Of a stretch of DNA of 64,000 bases, positions 19,406 to 61,266 are shown one piece after another; the stretch's first letter is position 1; every line of letters starts with the position of its first letter. Below the pieces are notes generated by a model. The model did no database searches. It saw only the letters and a list, made by a program, of their open reading frames with translations, and was not told the DNA's origin. A program made the translations under genes and the position numbers. The DNA comes from the human T2T-CHM13v2.0 reference genome, Homo sapiens, in NCBI RefSeq assembly GCF_009914755.1, contig NC_060947.1; one strand, 5' to 3'.

Positions 19406-19834
19406 GGGACCCTGAGAAAGTTCAGTACCTTTTCTGAACTGTCAGGAGGTTGTCCGAGAGCCACAGAACTGTGTTTTGTGCTACCTCTCTTTGTGGTCAT
19501 TTTCTCTCAGCTGCTCACTATAGATTCCACCAGCTCTTGGCAACTAGACCCACCAAGGAACCCAAAAAGGCCCAAGAACCCAGTCACAAAGATGTATTCA
19601 TGCTGGAAGTGGCTGCTCACCATGGCAGGCTAGCAGGCGGTGCTGGGACACGGTCTATAGCTCTCGACTCCAATCCAAAGAGCATGGCTGTATTTGGTTT
19701 TCAAGCCCATTTGCTGCTTAATTCTAAGGAATAATTTCCCCACTCAGTTCCTTCAACCTGGAGACAGGCCTGGAAGGTTGTCCACTGGACTGCTTTATCC
19801 CACCATTGACCTTTTCTACCTCTCTTCCTATAGA

Positions 19835-20148
19835 GCAGCCCTGCCCAATAGGCATAGAATTCAAGCCACATATGTAATCTCCAATACTAACAGCTATATA
19901 CACAAAAGTAAAAAAGAAACAGGTGAAATTGACCAAAACAATATACTTTACTTAACCCAATGTGTCCAAAATAGGATCATTTCAATATGTGATCAGCATG
20001 AAAATAAGGTATTTTAAATTCTTTTTGTTCATACTGTCTTTAACATCTGGTGTATCTGACATAGTACATCTCAGATTGGACTAGCCCCATTGCCCATTCT
20101 ATTGGACTAATCACAATACAGTTTAGGCAACCGTATTGGACAGAGCTG
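19835..20148. mobile_element. MER33/MER3-like hAT DNA transposon relic
   Basis: cagccctgcccaatag...tattggacagagctg terminal pattern; related copy at ~25355-25957 split by an Alu. Confidence 0.55.
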
Positions 20149-20304
20149 GCATAGATTATACATCAAGAGAGTTGCAGAACAAGGCATATGAGAATCTAGG
20201 ATTTTGTAGCAGAGCGCTTCGGTTTCTAAGGCCGATGAGTTTGAAGCCTCAACTCGTAGGTTTTTGCTGGCCCTTGTATCTCATTTTTCCATAAATTAAG
20301 GATA

Positions 20305-26435
<6,131 letters not shown>

Positions 26436-28750
26436 ATGACTCAACAAGAGAAGCCAGTATGTTATGAAAAAGGATGCTCACCTCAGCATCTTAGTTCCTA
26501 CTGGAACATTGAAAACATCCTAAGTGTCATAAACCGATGTGCAGTGAAACTGCACCCTCTGGAGGGGGTGCCTTCTAAAGACAAGTGATCAGAGATTGAA
26601 ATCACCAGTAGTCAAAACTGCCTCTGAAAATAACACAGGACAGCGACATAGCAGAGACTCAACACTAAATTCTACACAGCAAGGTCACTGTTTCTCAGAG
26701 TGAGTCCCAGATGCAGTAATTTGCTCACATGTAGGGGCCATACTGTGTGAGAAATATGTACCCTAGACACTAGTATCTCCTGGCAAGATTGGAGAGAGAC
26801 ATTTGAATTGAAAGCAGCGGAGGAAATAGAAGACTTGTGGCTTCCATGTCATGTTCATTCCTTGAGTGAACTGGTGGGCAAAATCACCCCTATCATTTCA
26901 GCTGTTTTCTCTTGCTCTGCAAAGTGTATACAGTGCAATTGACATATTTTAAAGGGTCAGATGATGTGACTCTGCTGCATATTGACATGTGACTATAAAG
27001 AAAACAGATGGAAAGGTATGCCCCCAAACATTATGTTTTTTAACGAATTATTTTTTCTTTTACCTTTTTGTTTTCATGTGCATTTATCTGTATTTTTACA
27101 TTTTTCTCCAATGAACAGCCTGAGAGTGAATTTTGTATTACTTCTGGAATATAAAAATAATTGTTTTAAGTCAGTGCTTACCCACCACAAAGTAGCCCAC
27201 CAAGGCCAGAAGAGTTAGAAGTTCATCTGGATCCCCCAGGGCCTCCTAAAAAGGGAAAATGGTGTGTTCTCTCCTTCAAGCCCAGGGTACATTCTATTTG
27301 CCACCACAGCCAAAGGGACTTGGGAGGCATTAGAGATGGTGCTGGTGCTTTCAGAAACTGCGGTCCTGCTGTGGCCCCCTGAAGACAGCAGCTCCCCTGC
27401 CCTAACACGATGCCACTGCCCCTGGGGTTCAAAAATATGAGAAACATCTCTTGCAGGGATGGCTCCCCATTCTGGGGACCCAGCTACCTCATCCCTTCCC
27501 CTGAGGGCTTCTGTCACCATCCCATTGATTGCCATGCCACACAGGGAGCTAGCGCAGCTGAACTACAGGTGAACTACACAGCAGGATAGACTTCGGTAAA
27601 CACAGGACACCTTTCAGAGGAACGAGCAGAGCCTCAAAACACTCAGTTAGGTGCAGGTTGAAAGCGTGAAACAATCTCTTGCAGCAACTTGCTGCCATTT
27701 CCAGTCAGCAAGCTCCCGCCTCTGAACGTGCTAATAAGCATCACTCCCAGGTACCCACGGCTCACCTGGAGCATACAGCATCTCACTGAATGTGCAGAAC
27801 GAGCCTCCAGCGGGCCGTCATCACTCCTACTCAACAGGTGAAGGAAGCCAGGCTCCGGGAGACAAATGAACTCACTTAAGTGTCTCAAGGTGCACTCCCT
27901 GGGAAGGAGACTCCTGAGGCAGAGTTGAGCCTGTAGGATGTTAAGTACTCTTGGAAAGAAGGAGAAAGAATTGGGGGAGCAGAAGGGAGGGAGGGTGGAT
28001 GGTGGAGTGAGCTGTGATGCAGGCTCTGAGACAGCCTCAGCCATCCCCACGGGAAGCTGTGGAGCAAGACTGGCTTTTCAGAGTTGTCCTGAGTTGGGCC
28101 AACACATGGTTGGATTTTTAAGCTCTAGCTGGTCAACAAATGGGGATTTCCCCAAAAAGCGATGACCTTGATGAGGCACTTTCTGGAGCTGCTAAGGGCT
28201 GAGGGTGTCCGCAACAGCCCTGCCGATAGCAGAGGGAGCAACGGATCCTTCCTTGAAGGGGATCACCGTGACCACCACACCAAGGTCACCCAACTAATGA
28301 GTGACAGAGCCGCCATTGAGAGCAAGCAACTTATCAGTGCTTTCTGCTCTGCTACTGAGTTAAGCTGCCTCCTCTGAGCTCCAATTTTCACAGCAGCTCT
28401 GGCCCTCCACCTAGACTGGGTCCTCTCTCTCAGACCTTCTAGAAAAGAGCTAGCCCCTTTTGGAATCTAGATAACAATGCCGTTCCAGCTGCATGCAACC
28501 TGGGCCAAGTCTCAGGAGTTCCCTGACCAGCTATTCTAGTTTCTGAGGCTTTGGGGTCTTTTACTTTTGCCCCAGTTAAGCCAAACATGGCAACTTCTTC
28601 CTCTTTAGCCCAAGGGTGAGCCATTCTGCCCCCCAGCCCCCATCACCGCCATCACCTCTACAACCTCCTTCAGCCCCACCTCATTCTTTAGCAGTTTTAA
28701 GAAAGGCTGTTCCTAAGTGAATCAGCGCAGGAACAGAAAGGCAAATACTA

Positions 28751-29348
28751 GCCAGGGGTGGTGGCTCGTGCCTGTAATCTCAGCACTTTGGGAGGCTGAG
28801 GCAGGTGGATCACCTGAGGTCAGGAGTTCGAGACCAGCCAGGCCAACATGGCAAAACCCTGTCTCTAGTAAAAATACAAAAATTAACTGGGCATTGATGG
28901 CAGGCACCTGTAATCCCAGCTACTTGGGAGGCCGAGGCAGGAGAATTGCATGAACCCCGGAAGGCAGAGGTTTCAGTGAGCCGAAATCATACCAGATGGA
29001 GACTCTGTCTCAACAAAAAAAAAAAAAAAAAAAAAAAAGAAAGGCTGCTCCTAAGTGAATCAACAAAGGAACAGAAAGCCAAGTACCGCATGTTGTCACT
29101 TATAAATGGGAGCTAAACATTGAGTACACATGGTCACAAAGAAGGGGACAATAGACACCAGGGCCTACTCGAGGGTGGAGGGTGAGAGGAGGGAGAGGAT
29201 TGAAAAACTACTTACGGGTGCTAATGCTCATTACCTGGGTGACAAGATAATCTGTACACCAAATCCCCATGAGAAACAATTTACCCTTCTAACAAACCTA
29301 CACATGCACCCCCTGAACCTAAAATAAAAGTTGGAAAGAAAAAAAAAA
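28751..29348 (+). mobile_element. Alu (28751-29040) followed by short L1PA-like 3' end (~29050-29348)
   Basis: Alu consensus; cacttataaatgggagctaaacattgagtacacatgg...ccctgaacctaaaataaaagttg plus A tail. Confidence 0.85.
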
Positions 29349-29514
29349 GGCTGTAATTATCTGAAGGAGTTTTACCAAAACCTAAGGAAATTCACAAGGG
29401 AAACAAAGAACATTGGCAGTGCATAGTGGCAATTCCTAAGTATAGTTTTCTCATCCTGTGTTAGCTTACCAGGCATCAGTGAGCTGAATCAAAATCCTGA
29501 TTCAGAGGTGCCCT

Positions 29515-31315
<1,801 letters not shown>

Positions 31316-31548
31316 TGAGGACTGTTATTTCATTTGGAGAGAGTAGGATTCTGGGATCTAAATGCACACAGCAGTGGCTTGGGAACAGTGGTCTTGCTGG
31401 CTGGAGATTGGACAGAAATGAGTGGGTTGGGGGAAGGGCATTGATGTAGGAGCTGAGGGACAAAGGAAACAGGAGAAGAGGCAGAAATGGGTTAGTGATG
31501 GACAGGGACGGTAGCAGCCTTTGTCAGAATCCCACTTGTCCAGCCAAG

Positions 31549-32011
31549 TGTATTAGTCCGTTGGAACAAAGGACCACACACTGTCTGGGTTCACCATCAG
31601 AAGTGTATTATCTCAGTTCCGGAGGCTGGGAGTCAAGCTCCAGGTGTTGGCAGGGTTGGTTCCTCCTGAGGGCTATGAGGGGAATCTGTTCCATGCCTCT
31701 CCCTCAGCTTCTGGTGGTTTGCTGGCAATCTTGGGGGTTCCTCACCTTGCAGAAGCATCACCCCATCTCTACCTGCACCTTCTCATGGCATTGTCCCTAT
31801 ATGCATGCCTGTGTCCACATTTCTCCTTCTTATAAGGACACCAGTCACATTCGGGGGTACTGGGGATTAGAGTGCTAACACAGTAGGTTGGTGCAAAAGT
31901 AATTGTGGTTTTTGCCACTGAAAGTAATGGCAAAAACCGCGATTAATTTTGCACCTTTGCACCAACCTAATATATTTTGGTGGGAGGAGGGACACAGTTC
32001 AACCCCTAACA
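31549..32011 (-). mobile_element. MLT1C-like MaLR LTR
   Basis: tgtattagtcc...ctcagttccggaggctgggagtc...tataaggacaccagtcac...gggacacagttcaacccctaaca. Confidence 0.7.
31884..31970. mobile_element. MADE1 (Hsmar1 mariner MITE)
   Basis: taggttggtgcaaaagtaattgtggtttttgcca ... tggcaaaaaccgcgattaattttgcacc(tttgcacc)aacctaa palindromic TIRs. Confidence 0.9.
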
Positions 32012-32674
32012 CCTACTGATTCCAAACTTAGAGTGTGGGTGTCCCTGGCTTTTGTCTACACCGCATGCCTGGCTATCTTCTTCTGGTAACAGCACTCCTC
32101 TTCCTTTAGAATGAATCCTTCAGGCTGGGCACAGTGGCTCACCCCTGTAATCCCAACAGAAGGCGGTAAGGGCGGGAGGATACTTTACACTCAGGAGCTT
32201 GAGGCTTGCCTGGGCAACATAGTAAGACTCCGTTCTTCAACAAAAAGGAAAAACAAAAACAAAAAACAAGAAACAAATTTAGAATGAATCTTTTCTTTCC
32301 ATACTGCTGCCAATAACATGACCCCATCTTCCCATTATATGGATGGGCACGTGACCCAAGCTGGCCAATCAAACTCTCTCTCAGCCCCTCTAGGTTCTTC
32401 AATTATTTAAATACTTCTAATGTGTGGATGGGGAAGGAGACTAGGCCTGTTTCTGAAAATTGACCCAGGCTCAGTCTGCTCCCAGTGTTTGCTCTTAGGG
32501 AAGTCCTCTACAATTACATGCCTGGATTGTTAGAAGTCCAGGGTTACTATGGCTGGGGAAACAGCGTGGCTTTGAAGTTGGAACCCCAACCTCCTCACTA
32601 ACTGGCTGATTCAGTTTTCCATGTTGCAGTTTTCTCATCTATAAAATGTAATAACAACAGTGATATTTCTCTCA

Positions 32675-38610
<5,936 letters not shown>

Positions 38611-39013
38611 TGAACTGGTAGTACATTTGCATGGTTCAAAATTCACAACGTAACAAAAGATATATAGTCTCCCCACTCCTGCCCTCAGCCACCCATATCT
38701 TCTCCCCAAAAGCAACCAATTTGATCAGTTTTTTGTGTGTTTCCTTCAGAGTTATTTTATGTATATACTAGCAAATATACATATATCTCTATATATTCCA
38801 CTCCTTTTTACATAAATGGTGGTATGCAACACAAAATGTTCTGCTACCTTTTTTTTTCACTTAACAATATATCTACAATTGATCCATAGAGCTTTCTGTT
38901 CTTATTACAGCTTCAGAGTACAGTGTATTCTGAAGTATAAATGTATTCTAAGCTATTTAACTGAAAGTATTTTGCTGGTGGACTCTGGTTGGTTTACATG
39001 CCACTTACAAATA

Positions 39014-39340
39014 CAGTCATGCCTCACATAACAACAGGGATACTTTCTGAGAAATGCATGGTTAGGCGATTTTATCATTGTGCGAAATCACGGAGTGTGC
39101 TTACACAAACCTAGATAGCCTACTACAGACCTAGACTGTATGGTGTAGCCTATTGCTTCGAGGCTACTAACCTATACAGCTTGTGACTGTCCTGAATATT
39201 GTAGGCAATTGTAACACAATGGTAAGTATTTGTGTATTTAAACATAGAAAAGACACAGTAAATGGTATGATTTTATGGGACCAGCTTCATATATGCGGTC
39301 TGGACTGTTGATTAAAACATCATTATATGGTGCATAACTG
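39014..39340 (+). mobile_element. Tigger3a/MER7A-like Tc1-mariner non-autonomous element
   Basis: ta|cagtcatgcctcacataac...ttctgagaaatgcatggttaggcgatttt...atggtgcataactg|ta with TA TSD. Confidence 0.8.
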
Positions 39341-39483
39341 TAACTGTACTGAATAAACTTATAAACAGGACCCAGACAGCTTTTAACAAGTAAATTCTTT
39401 TGCTTAGAAATAAATTAAAATTCCAACTAAAGGAGGCATCCTGCTGTGTAAGATAAAGAATGATAAAATATCCCAGAGGATCA

Positions 39484-43547
<4,064 letters not shown>

Positions 43548-44704
43548 TTAATATTGGTTCTGACAAATATACCACACTAATGTATCATGGTAACAATAGG
43601 GGAAAGTTGGATGTAGAGTATATGAGAATTCTCTGCACTATCTTTGTAGCTTGTCTATAAATTGAGACCTATTCTAAAATAAAAAGCTCATTCAAACAAA
43701 TTCTAACTGGAAAGTTGAACCGGGCACCAAGTGGAAAGCTGAACTGTGGATGAAGGAGAGAGCAAATGCCGCACGAGAAGTCTGAACACCACGAGAGTTA
43801 GGAACATGGGGCTGTAAGCTCCTCCAGGGTGAAGTCTCAGTCTGAGGCACCCTTCTCTCCCCATCCCCAGTGCCACACCTAGTGCAAACAGAACTCAACT
43901 TCTGTGCAGAAGAAATGGGTGAGGACAATGACAATGCAAAGCCAGGCTTCCATGCTCCTCTGTAGGCTCTCCCTAATACCCAAGAGCGGGTCAGTGCAAG
44001 GTGCTCCCGCAGGCCGCTAGGTGCAGGTTTCCTGGAATGGCCCTGCTGGGGATGAGGAAGGGTATCTAGAGACTGAAGATTTTTCATTAATAAGTCATCG
44101 CATTCATAAAGAAGGGGAAGTAGCTACCAGAGGTGATGAGAGAAGAGGGAGCACAGTTGTTTTCCTGAGGCTGGTAATGGATCCTTAATGACCAATTCAC
44201 ACTCCCGAGTCTAGACTCTTTCCCCTGTGGTCAGCAGGACGATGCTCCATAACTGGGGGAAGCTGGAGTGTGATCTCCCTAGAGGAGGGAGGGGCTTGAA
44301 GACTGCTGGAAGCTTTAAACAGCTGCAGGGATGGGGAGGAAGGGAGGAAGCAGTGAGTGGGGCAGGAGAAAGGGTGGTCAGGCAGGTTTGAGGGCCCACA
44401 TGACAGCCACTTCCCAGGGGTAGGGGAATTTCCACAGCAGCAATCAGCAGCCCATTATAGAAAAAGAAGGTGGGCAGCCACATGCTGGGAGGAAAGGGAA
44501 TCAGGCTGTGGTTTTTTGAATCATGGGTTAAAAGCGGAACGGGGAAGGCAGAAGAGACAGAAGCGGAGCTGGTGGGAGGAAATAGAGGACCTGCTCACGA
44601 CATCAAGCACCTCAACCAGCTCCTGTCAGCTCCAGAGATTCTGTCTTAAAAAGAGTTGTAGCAGAGATGAAATCTTGCCCTGTCTTTGCTTTTGTAATTA
44701 TCTG

Positions 44705-45319
44705 TGCTACCGGAAAGGGGTCCAGATCCAGACCCCAAGAGGGAGTTCTTAGATCTCGAGCAAGAAAGACTTTGGGGCGAGTCCATAAAGTGAAAGCGAG
44801 TTTGTTAAGAAAGTAAAGAAATAAAGAATGGCTACTCCATAGGCAGAGCAGCAGCTTAGGGTGCCCAACTGATAGTACTTATAGTTATTTCTTGATTATA
44901 TGCTAAACAAGGGGTGGATTATTCATGAGTTTTCCGGGAAAGAGGTGGGCAATTCCTGGAACTGAGGGTTCCTCCCCCTTTTAGACCATATAGGGTAACT
45001 TCCTGACATTGCCATGGCATCTGTAAACTGTCATGGTGCTGGTGGGGGTGTCTTTTAGCATGCTAATGCATTATAATTAACATGTGATGAACAGTGAGGA
45101 CGACCAGAGTTCACTTTCATGGCCATCTTGGTTTTGGCAGCCTTCTTTACCGCATGCTTTATCAGCAAGGTCTTTATGACCCGTATCTTGTGCGGACCTC
45201 CTATCTCATCCTGTAACTGAGAATGCCTAGTCCTCTGGGAAGGCAGCCCAGTAGGTCTCAGGCTCATTTCACCCAGCCCCATTCAAGATGGAGTCACTCT
45301 GGTTCAAATGCCTCTGACA
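44705..45319 (-). mobile_element. MER41 (MER41B-like) ERV1 solo LTR, full length
   Basis: tgctaccggaaaggggtccagatccagaccccaag ... tcaagatggagtcactctggttcaaatgcctctgaca matches MER41 ends; exact 4-bp TSD tctg; 615 bp. Confidence 0.85.
44932..44961. promoter_or_regulatory. Tandem GAS (STAT) motifs in MER41
   Basis: TTCCGGGAA at 44932-44940 and TTCCTGGAA at 44953-44961. Confidence 0.7.
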
Positions 45320-46186
45320 TCTGGAAATTGAACTTACTGTGATCCCTTTACTCCCAGAAAATTCCCTCCATTTCATACTTATGGATAATAGAAACCATCA
45401 TTTGTTAATTTATTCATTCACTCATTCATTCATTCATTCCTTCATCCATTGCTGTGTGCTTACAATGTGCTCTGTGCACATTGGGCACTGCTAACTTGGA
45501 GCTGAACCACGTGGAAATAAGCTTTTTCTTCTTTACCCCTTCAGATGGGACATAAATTCTCAGTTTATTTCCCTAAGATTTAGCTCTGAAGTTATCAGGG
45601 CCCAGTGTTCACACAGTGCATTATAAACACACAATATTAAATAAAGGGATGAATGAATAGTGAATGAACAAATTCACAAATAATGTTTCCTATTCATGTG
45701 AGTTTAAATATACTCATCCACTAGGTGCAAACTGAGAATACCCTACTTTTGAAAGTTTTTAGATACAATTTGATATGGTTACATGCTTACATCTTTTTTC
45801 TCCCTTTCACACAGCTACGAACTCTAACTTGCATGAGTCTTAAGTGGACAACTTATTGCATTTTCACCTATGTATATCCCTCATGTAACCACCACCTAGA
45901 TCAAGACACAGAACATTACCGGAACCCCAGACAGTTCCCTTATGCCCTTCAAGTCAGCCTCCCTCACCTTCAGAGATAATTAATATTCTGACTTCTATTA
46001 CCATAGATTCAGAAGACACTCTGCATTTGATTAGGTTTTTTCAGGGGAGTTGGGAAGAACTATCCCAAAGTCACTGAAGTCAGTATCCAGTGTCTCAATG
46101 AGATGAAGTGCCCACTAAAACTTGGAAATAGGTTTGTCCTCTGCCTCAGTCGGGGTTTAGTCAGGAAAACAAGATATATCAAGTAA

Positions 46187-46853
<667 letters not shown>

Positions 46854-47069
46854 ATGCTGACAGATCTTAAGAAAAGGATGTACTCATCAGAAGGTGAGGT
46901 TTGTCAGTGGAAGTATATAGGGAGCCTGAGAAAAGAATAAGGATAAGAATAAGAATAAGAATAAGAATAAGAATAAGCAAGCAGTGTCCAGATGACAACA
47001 TGCTCATTTTAGCCAAAAATATTTTGGTTACAAGTCCCCAGACACCCAATCAAACCAGCTGATGCAAAA

Positions 47070-48572
<1,503 letters not shown>

Positions 48573-48575
48573 TAC

Positions 48576-53150
<4,575 letters not shown>

Positions 53151-53843
53151 TCGAGAGTGTCTTTCTGATTCAGTTTTCAGTTGGGCAAGGTTTTCCTAGG
53201 GTGGGTCTGCTACCTGGGGAACTCCTGGGGTCACTGTTTTTAACTCGCTCTCATTTTTTCATCCTCAGGAAACTCCAAGAAGAAAATGGGACTGGAAACT
53301 GAAGAAACAGTAAGGCATTCCCCCCCTCCCCCCCGCCAATAAGTCTGTCTTACATTTGTGCAGTAAATCATGCTCAAACGCCTTCAATGGCTTAGTGTAG
53401 GTCTCTTATGTACAATTTAAAATCCTCAATAAATGTGCCTAACTGAAAGTTTTAGCTCTGTGCCTCCTCTCTCATATAATCTCTTATTTGATTACTGATG
53501 CTTAACCTGACGGGGCTTTCTCCCCACCTTAACTACAGTTTTCACTGGAACAATCTCCCCATCTCCTATCCTTGGATATGAAATCATTTCCACCTTTCAA
53601 GGTCATCAGCTGGGGCGTCATTTTCTACCTACAGACGCTATAGTGTGTCCCTTCTTGCCTCACATCATAGGCAAAAGACTATGAACTGCGGGAGGGGAGG
53701 AGCCTGGTCTAATTACTATGTCTAGCCTTCATACATCCTCATAAAACACCTTGCCCAGATTGGAAACTGAGTGAATGGACAAATTAAGTAATTAATTAAC
53801 TTTCTGTCCCATGACTCCTTGTAGATTGGAAAGTCTTTGGAGG

Positions 53844-54029
53844 TAGAGTTGCCAGACTTAGCGAATCAAAATATAGGATACCCAGTTATATTTGAATTTC
53901 AGATAACCAGTAATACTTCTTTTAATACAAGTATGTCCCATAAATTAATTGCGACATAATAACAAATAATCGTTGTTTACATGAAATTCAAATTTAACTG
54001 GGCGCCCTGTATTTTATCTGGCACCACTA
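53844..54029. mobile_element. MER53 palindromic hAT-like MITE
   Basis: tagagttgccaga...cccagttatatttgaatttca ... tgaaattcaaatttaactggg...tctggcaccacta. Confidence 0.8.
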
Positions 54030-54039
54030 TGTGGAAGGC

Positions 54040-55020
54040 AGGGGTTCCCCGTTGCGCCTGGCTTCTTCCCAGTAGGTGCTCGGCGTCTGTATACTTGTTA
54101 GAGCGAAACCCCAACCAGCCCCGCCTTTCACAGCTGGCGTCCGTAGCCGGGCGGAGGCACACGACCAGGAAAGACAGACACCCTGGTTGGAGACCGTCGC
54201 TCGAGACTGGCAGAAAGATCTGCACTCGGGAGGCACCCTCACCCCGTGGGCTCCGGGACCCCTCGACTAGCTCCATCACCCATTCCGACTACCCGCCCTA
54301 CGCTCCACCTCTTGACCCGTCATCACCGACCGGGGGGCGGGACTGCCCGACTTTTCAATCGCTGCCTACCATTGGTAGAACTCTCCATCCGTTACTTTAA
54401 GTCCCGCCTATCAGGCTGTCGCTTCCCAGGTTACGTCCCTTCCGTAGGCCGCGGCGTAACTGGTGATTGGTGGAGAAAGCGGCAGCTGTCCCAGCGGAAG
54501 CGACGAAGGGACGGGACCCGGGAGCCTGGACGAGTCCGAGCGCGTCACCTCCTCACGCTGCGGCTGTCGCCCGTGTCCCGCCGGCCCGTTCCGTGTCGCC
54601 CCGCAGTGCTGCGGCCGCCGCGGCACCATGGCTGTGTTTGTCGTGCTCCTGGCGTTGGTGGCGGGTGAGGAGCCGGGGGCCGGCAGGACGTGCCTGGGGA
54701 GGTCCTGCGCCGCGGGGCTTGGGGGTCGGGGGCGGCCGCGGGCGAGTAGCTGCGAGGCAGGTGCCGCAGTGCGGTCCGTCAGCGGCGGCCTCGCCTCAGC
54801 CGCGTCCCCGTCAGCATCTTCTCTGGATCGGCCGTGGCGGCGCGGCCTCACGGGCCGCCGGGGCCGGGGCTGGGCTGCGTAGGGGGCCCCTGAGCCTGCC
54901 TCCACCCTCCACTTTGAGGGCGGCGCGTCCGGCCGGCTTCTTGCGCCTGAAAAGGCCCTTCAGAGTACGGAGATGCATTTCTCAGTGAACTGGGATTGAG
55001 TCGCAGCCCGCTGCGAAGAA
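54040..55020 (+). promoter_or_regulatory. ATP6AP2: CpG-island promoter / first exon region of ATP6AP2
   Basis: Abrupt rise in CpG and GC; GC boxes (ggggcggg ~54334), reverse CCAAT boxes (attgg ~54371, ~54466), ETS-like cggaag ~54495; no clear TATA box. Confidence 0.9.
54628..54664 (+). CDS. ATP6AP2: ATP6AP2 coding exon 1 (signal peptide MAVFVVLLALVA + first base of Gly13)
   Basis: Strong Kozak gcaccATGg; donor G|gtgagg at 54665; splices in frame to exon 2 to give the known N-terminus [56 protein letters not shown]. Confidence 0.97.
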
Positions 55021-55707
55021 GAGAAGGCAGACTTTTTAGCTGCCACTGGCTGCCACGATGTTTTTGCATTTGTATGGTGCCTTCATTTCTAGTGGTTGTC
55101 ATCAGTAATTGCTGAAATCCCTGCCCCTCCCTTCCCTTATGTATATTTCCGGATGCAAAAGTTGAGATGGAGTCATTATTTTTATATGACTTATATTTCT
55201 TAAGGCGAATACAAAGCACCTCTCAATAGTTTGTCAGAGTTCCAAATTTTAAGGATTTGGAAACAGGATGTGAGTCGCATTTTTAGGGTCACATGTCAAT
55301 AAATGGTAGCTTTCTGAGTAGAACCTAGATTCCTAAGCATTCAGCAAGAGGTGAAGAAATCAGCTAATACGTGGCCTCTTACTGCATATCATGTGGTAAT
55401 GTATTTCATTTGACAGCAGTCCTTAGAGGGCATCATCTTTGTTTTGCAGGGTGATCAACCTAAATAAATTACCCAACACTAAACAGGTTGGGTGCTGGAT
55501 TTGATTTCAGATGAGGTGGTGCCAGCGCATCGGCCTTTTCCATTATATATGTTGTGTTGCACAAGTAACGCTATTACTGTGTGAGAATGTGGGAGTGATG
55601 GGGACTGAGACTGGAGGCACAGACAGTAGTGAACAAGAGGCCAAGTTGAGAACGGCTTGGAGGAATGGGTGCTCTGATCTCAGTGTGTCAGTTTAAAACC
55701 TATGGGA

Positions 55708-60919
<5,212 letters not shown>

Positions 60920-61266
60920 TTAGTGAACCAAGATATCTATCAGTTACAAAAGACCATTCCATTCTGCTAATTTTTTTGGTCTGTCTTCAGCTAGAGCAGT
61001 TTGGAAATTCCTGTTCTGACAGCTGTGCCGGATTGAAATTTGTAACTCCCGTGTATCAGCACCAACCTGAAGCCTTTTATTTACTGTCAATACTGCAACA
61101 CCAAAACATTTACTGTTGCTTCCAACTTTATTTCCATCCCCTGTTAGTGGTACTTTCCTTAGGTCAAGAGAATAACACTGATTCTTTACTAAAGTCTAAT
61201 TTTCCCATACTAGGTGTGGCTAACATTTGTTCTAGACTTGGAGCCCATTTTTTTAATAGGAACCCC

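Noticed and set aside
54426-54463. Short inverted repeat ccag(g)ttacg...cgtaactgg in the promoter
   Set aside because: Too short to distinguish from chance
53977-55219. Long overlapping ORFs on both strands of the CpG island, including the 139-aa ORF reading through the exon 1 donor
   Set aside because: Expected from stop-codon scarcity in GC-rich DNA; the real CDS splices at 54664
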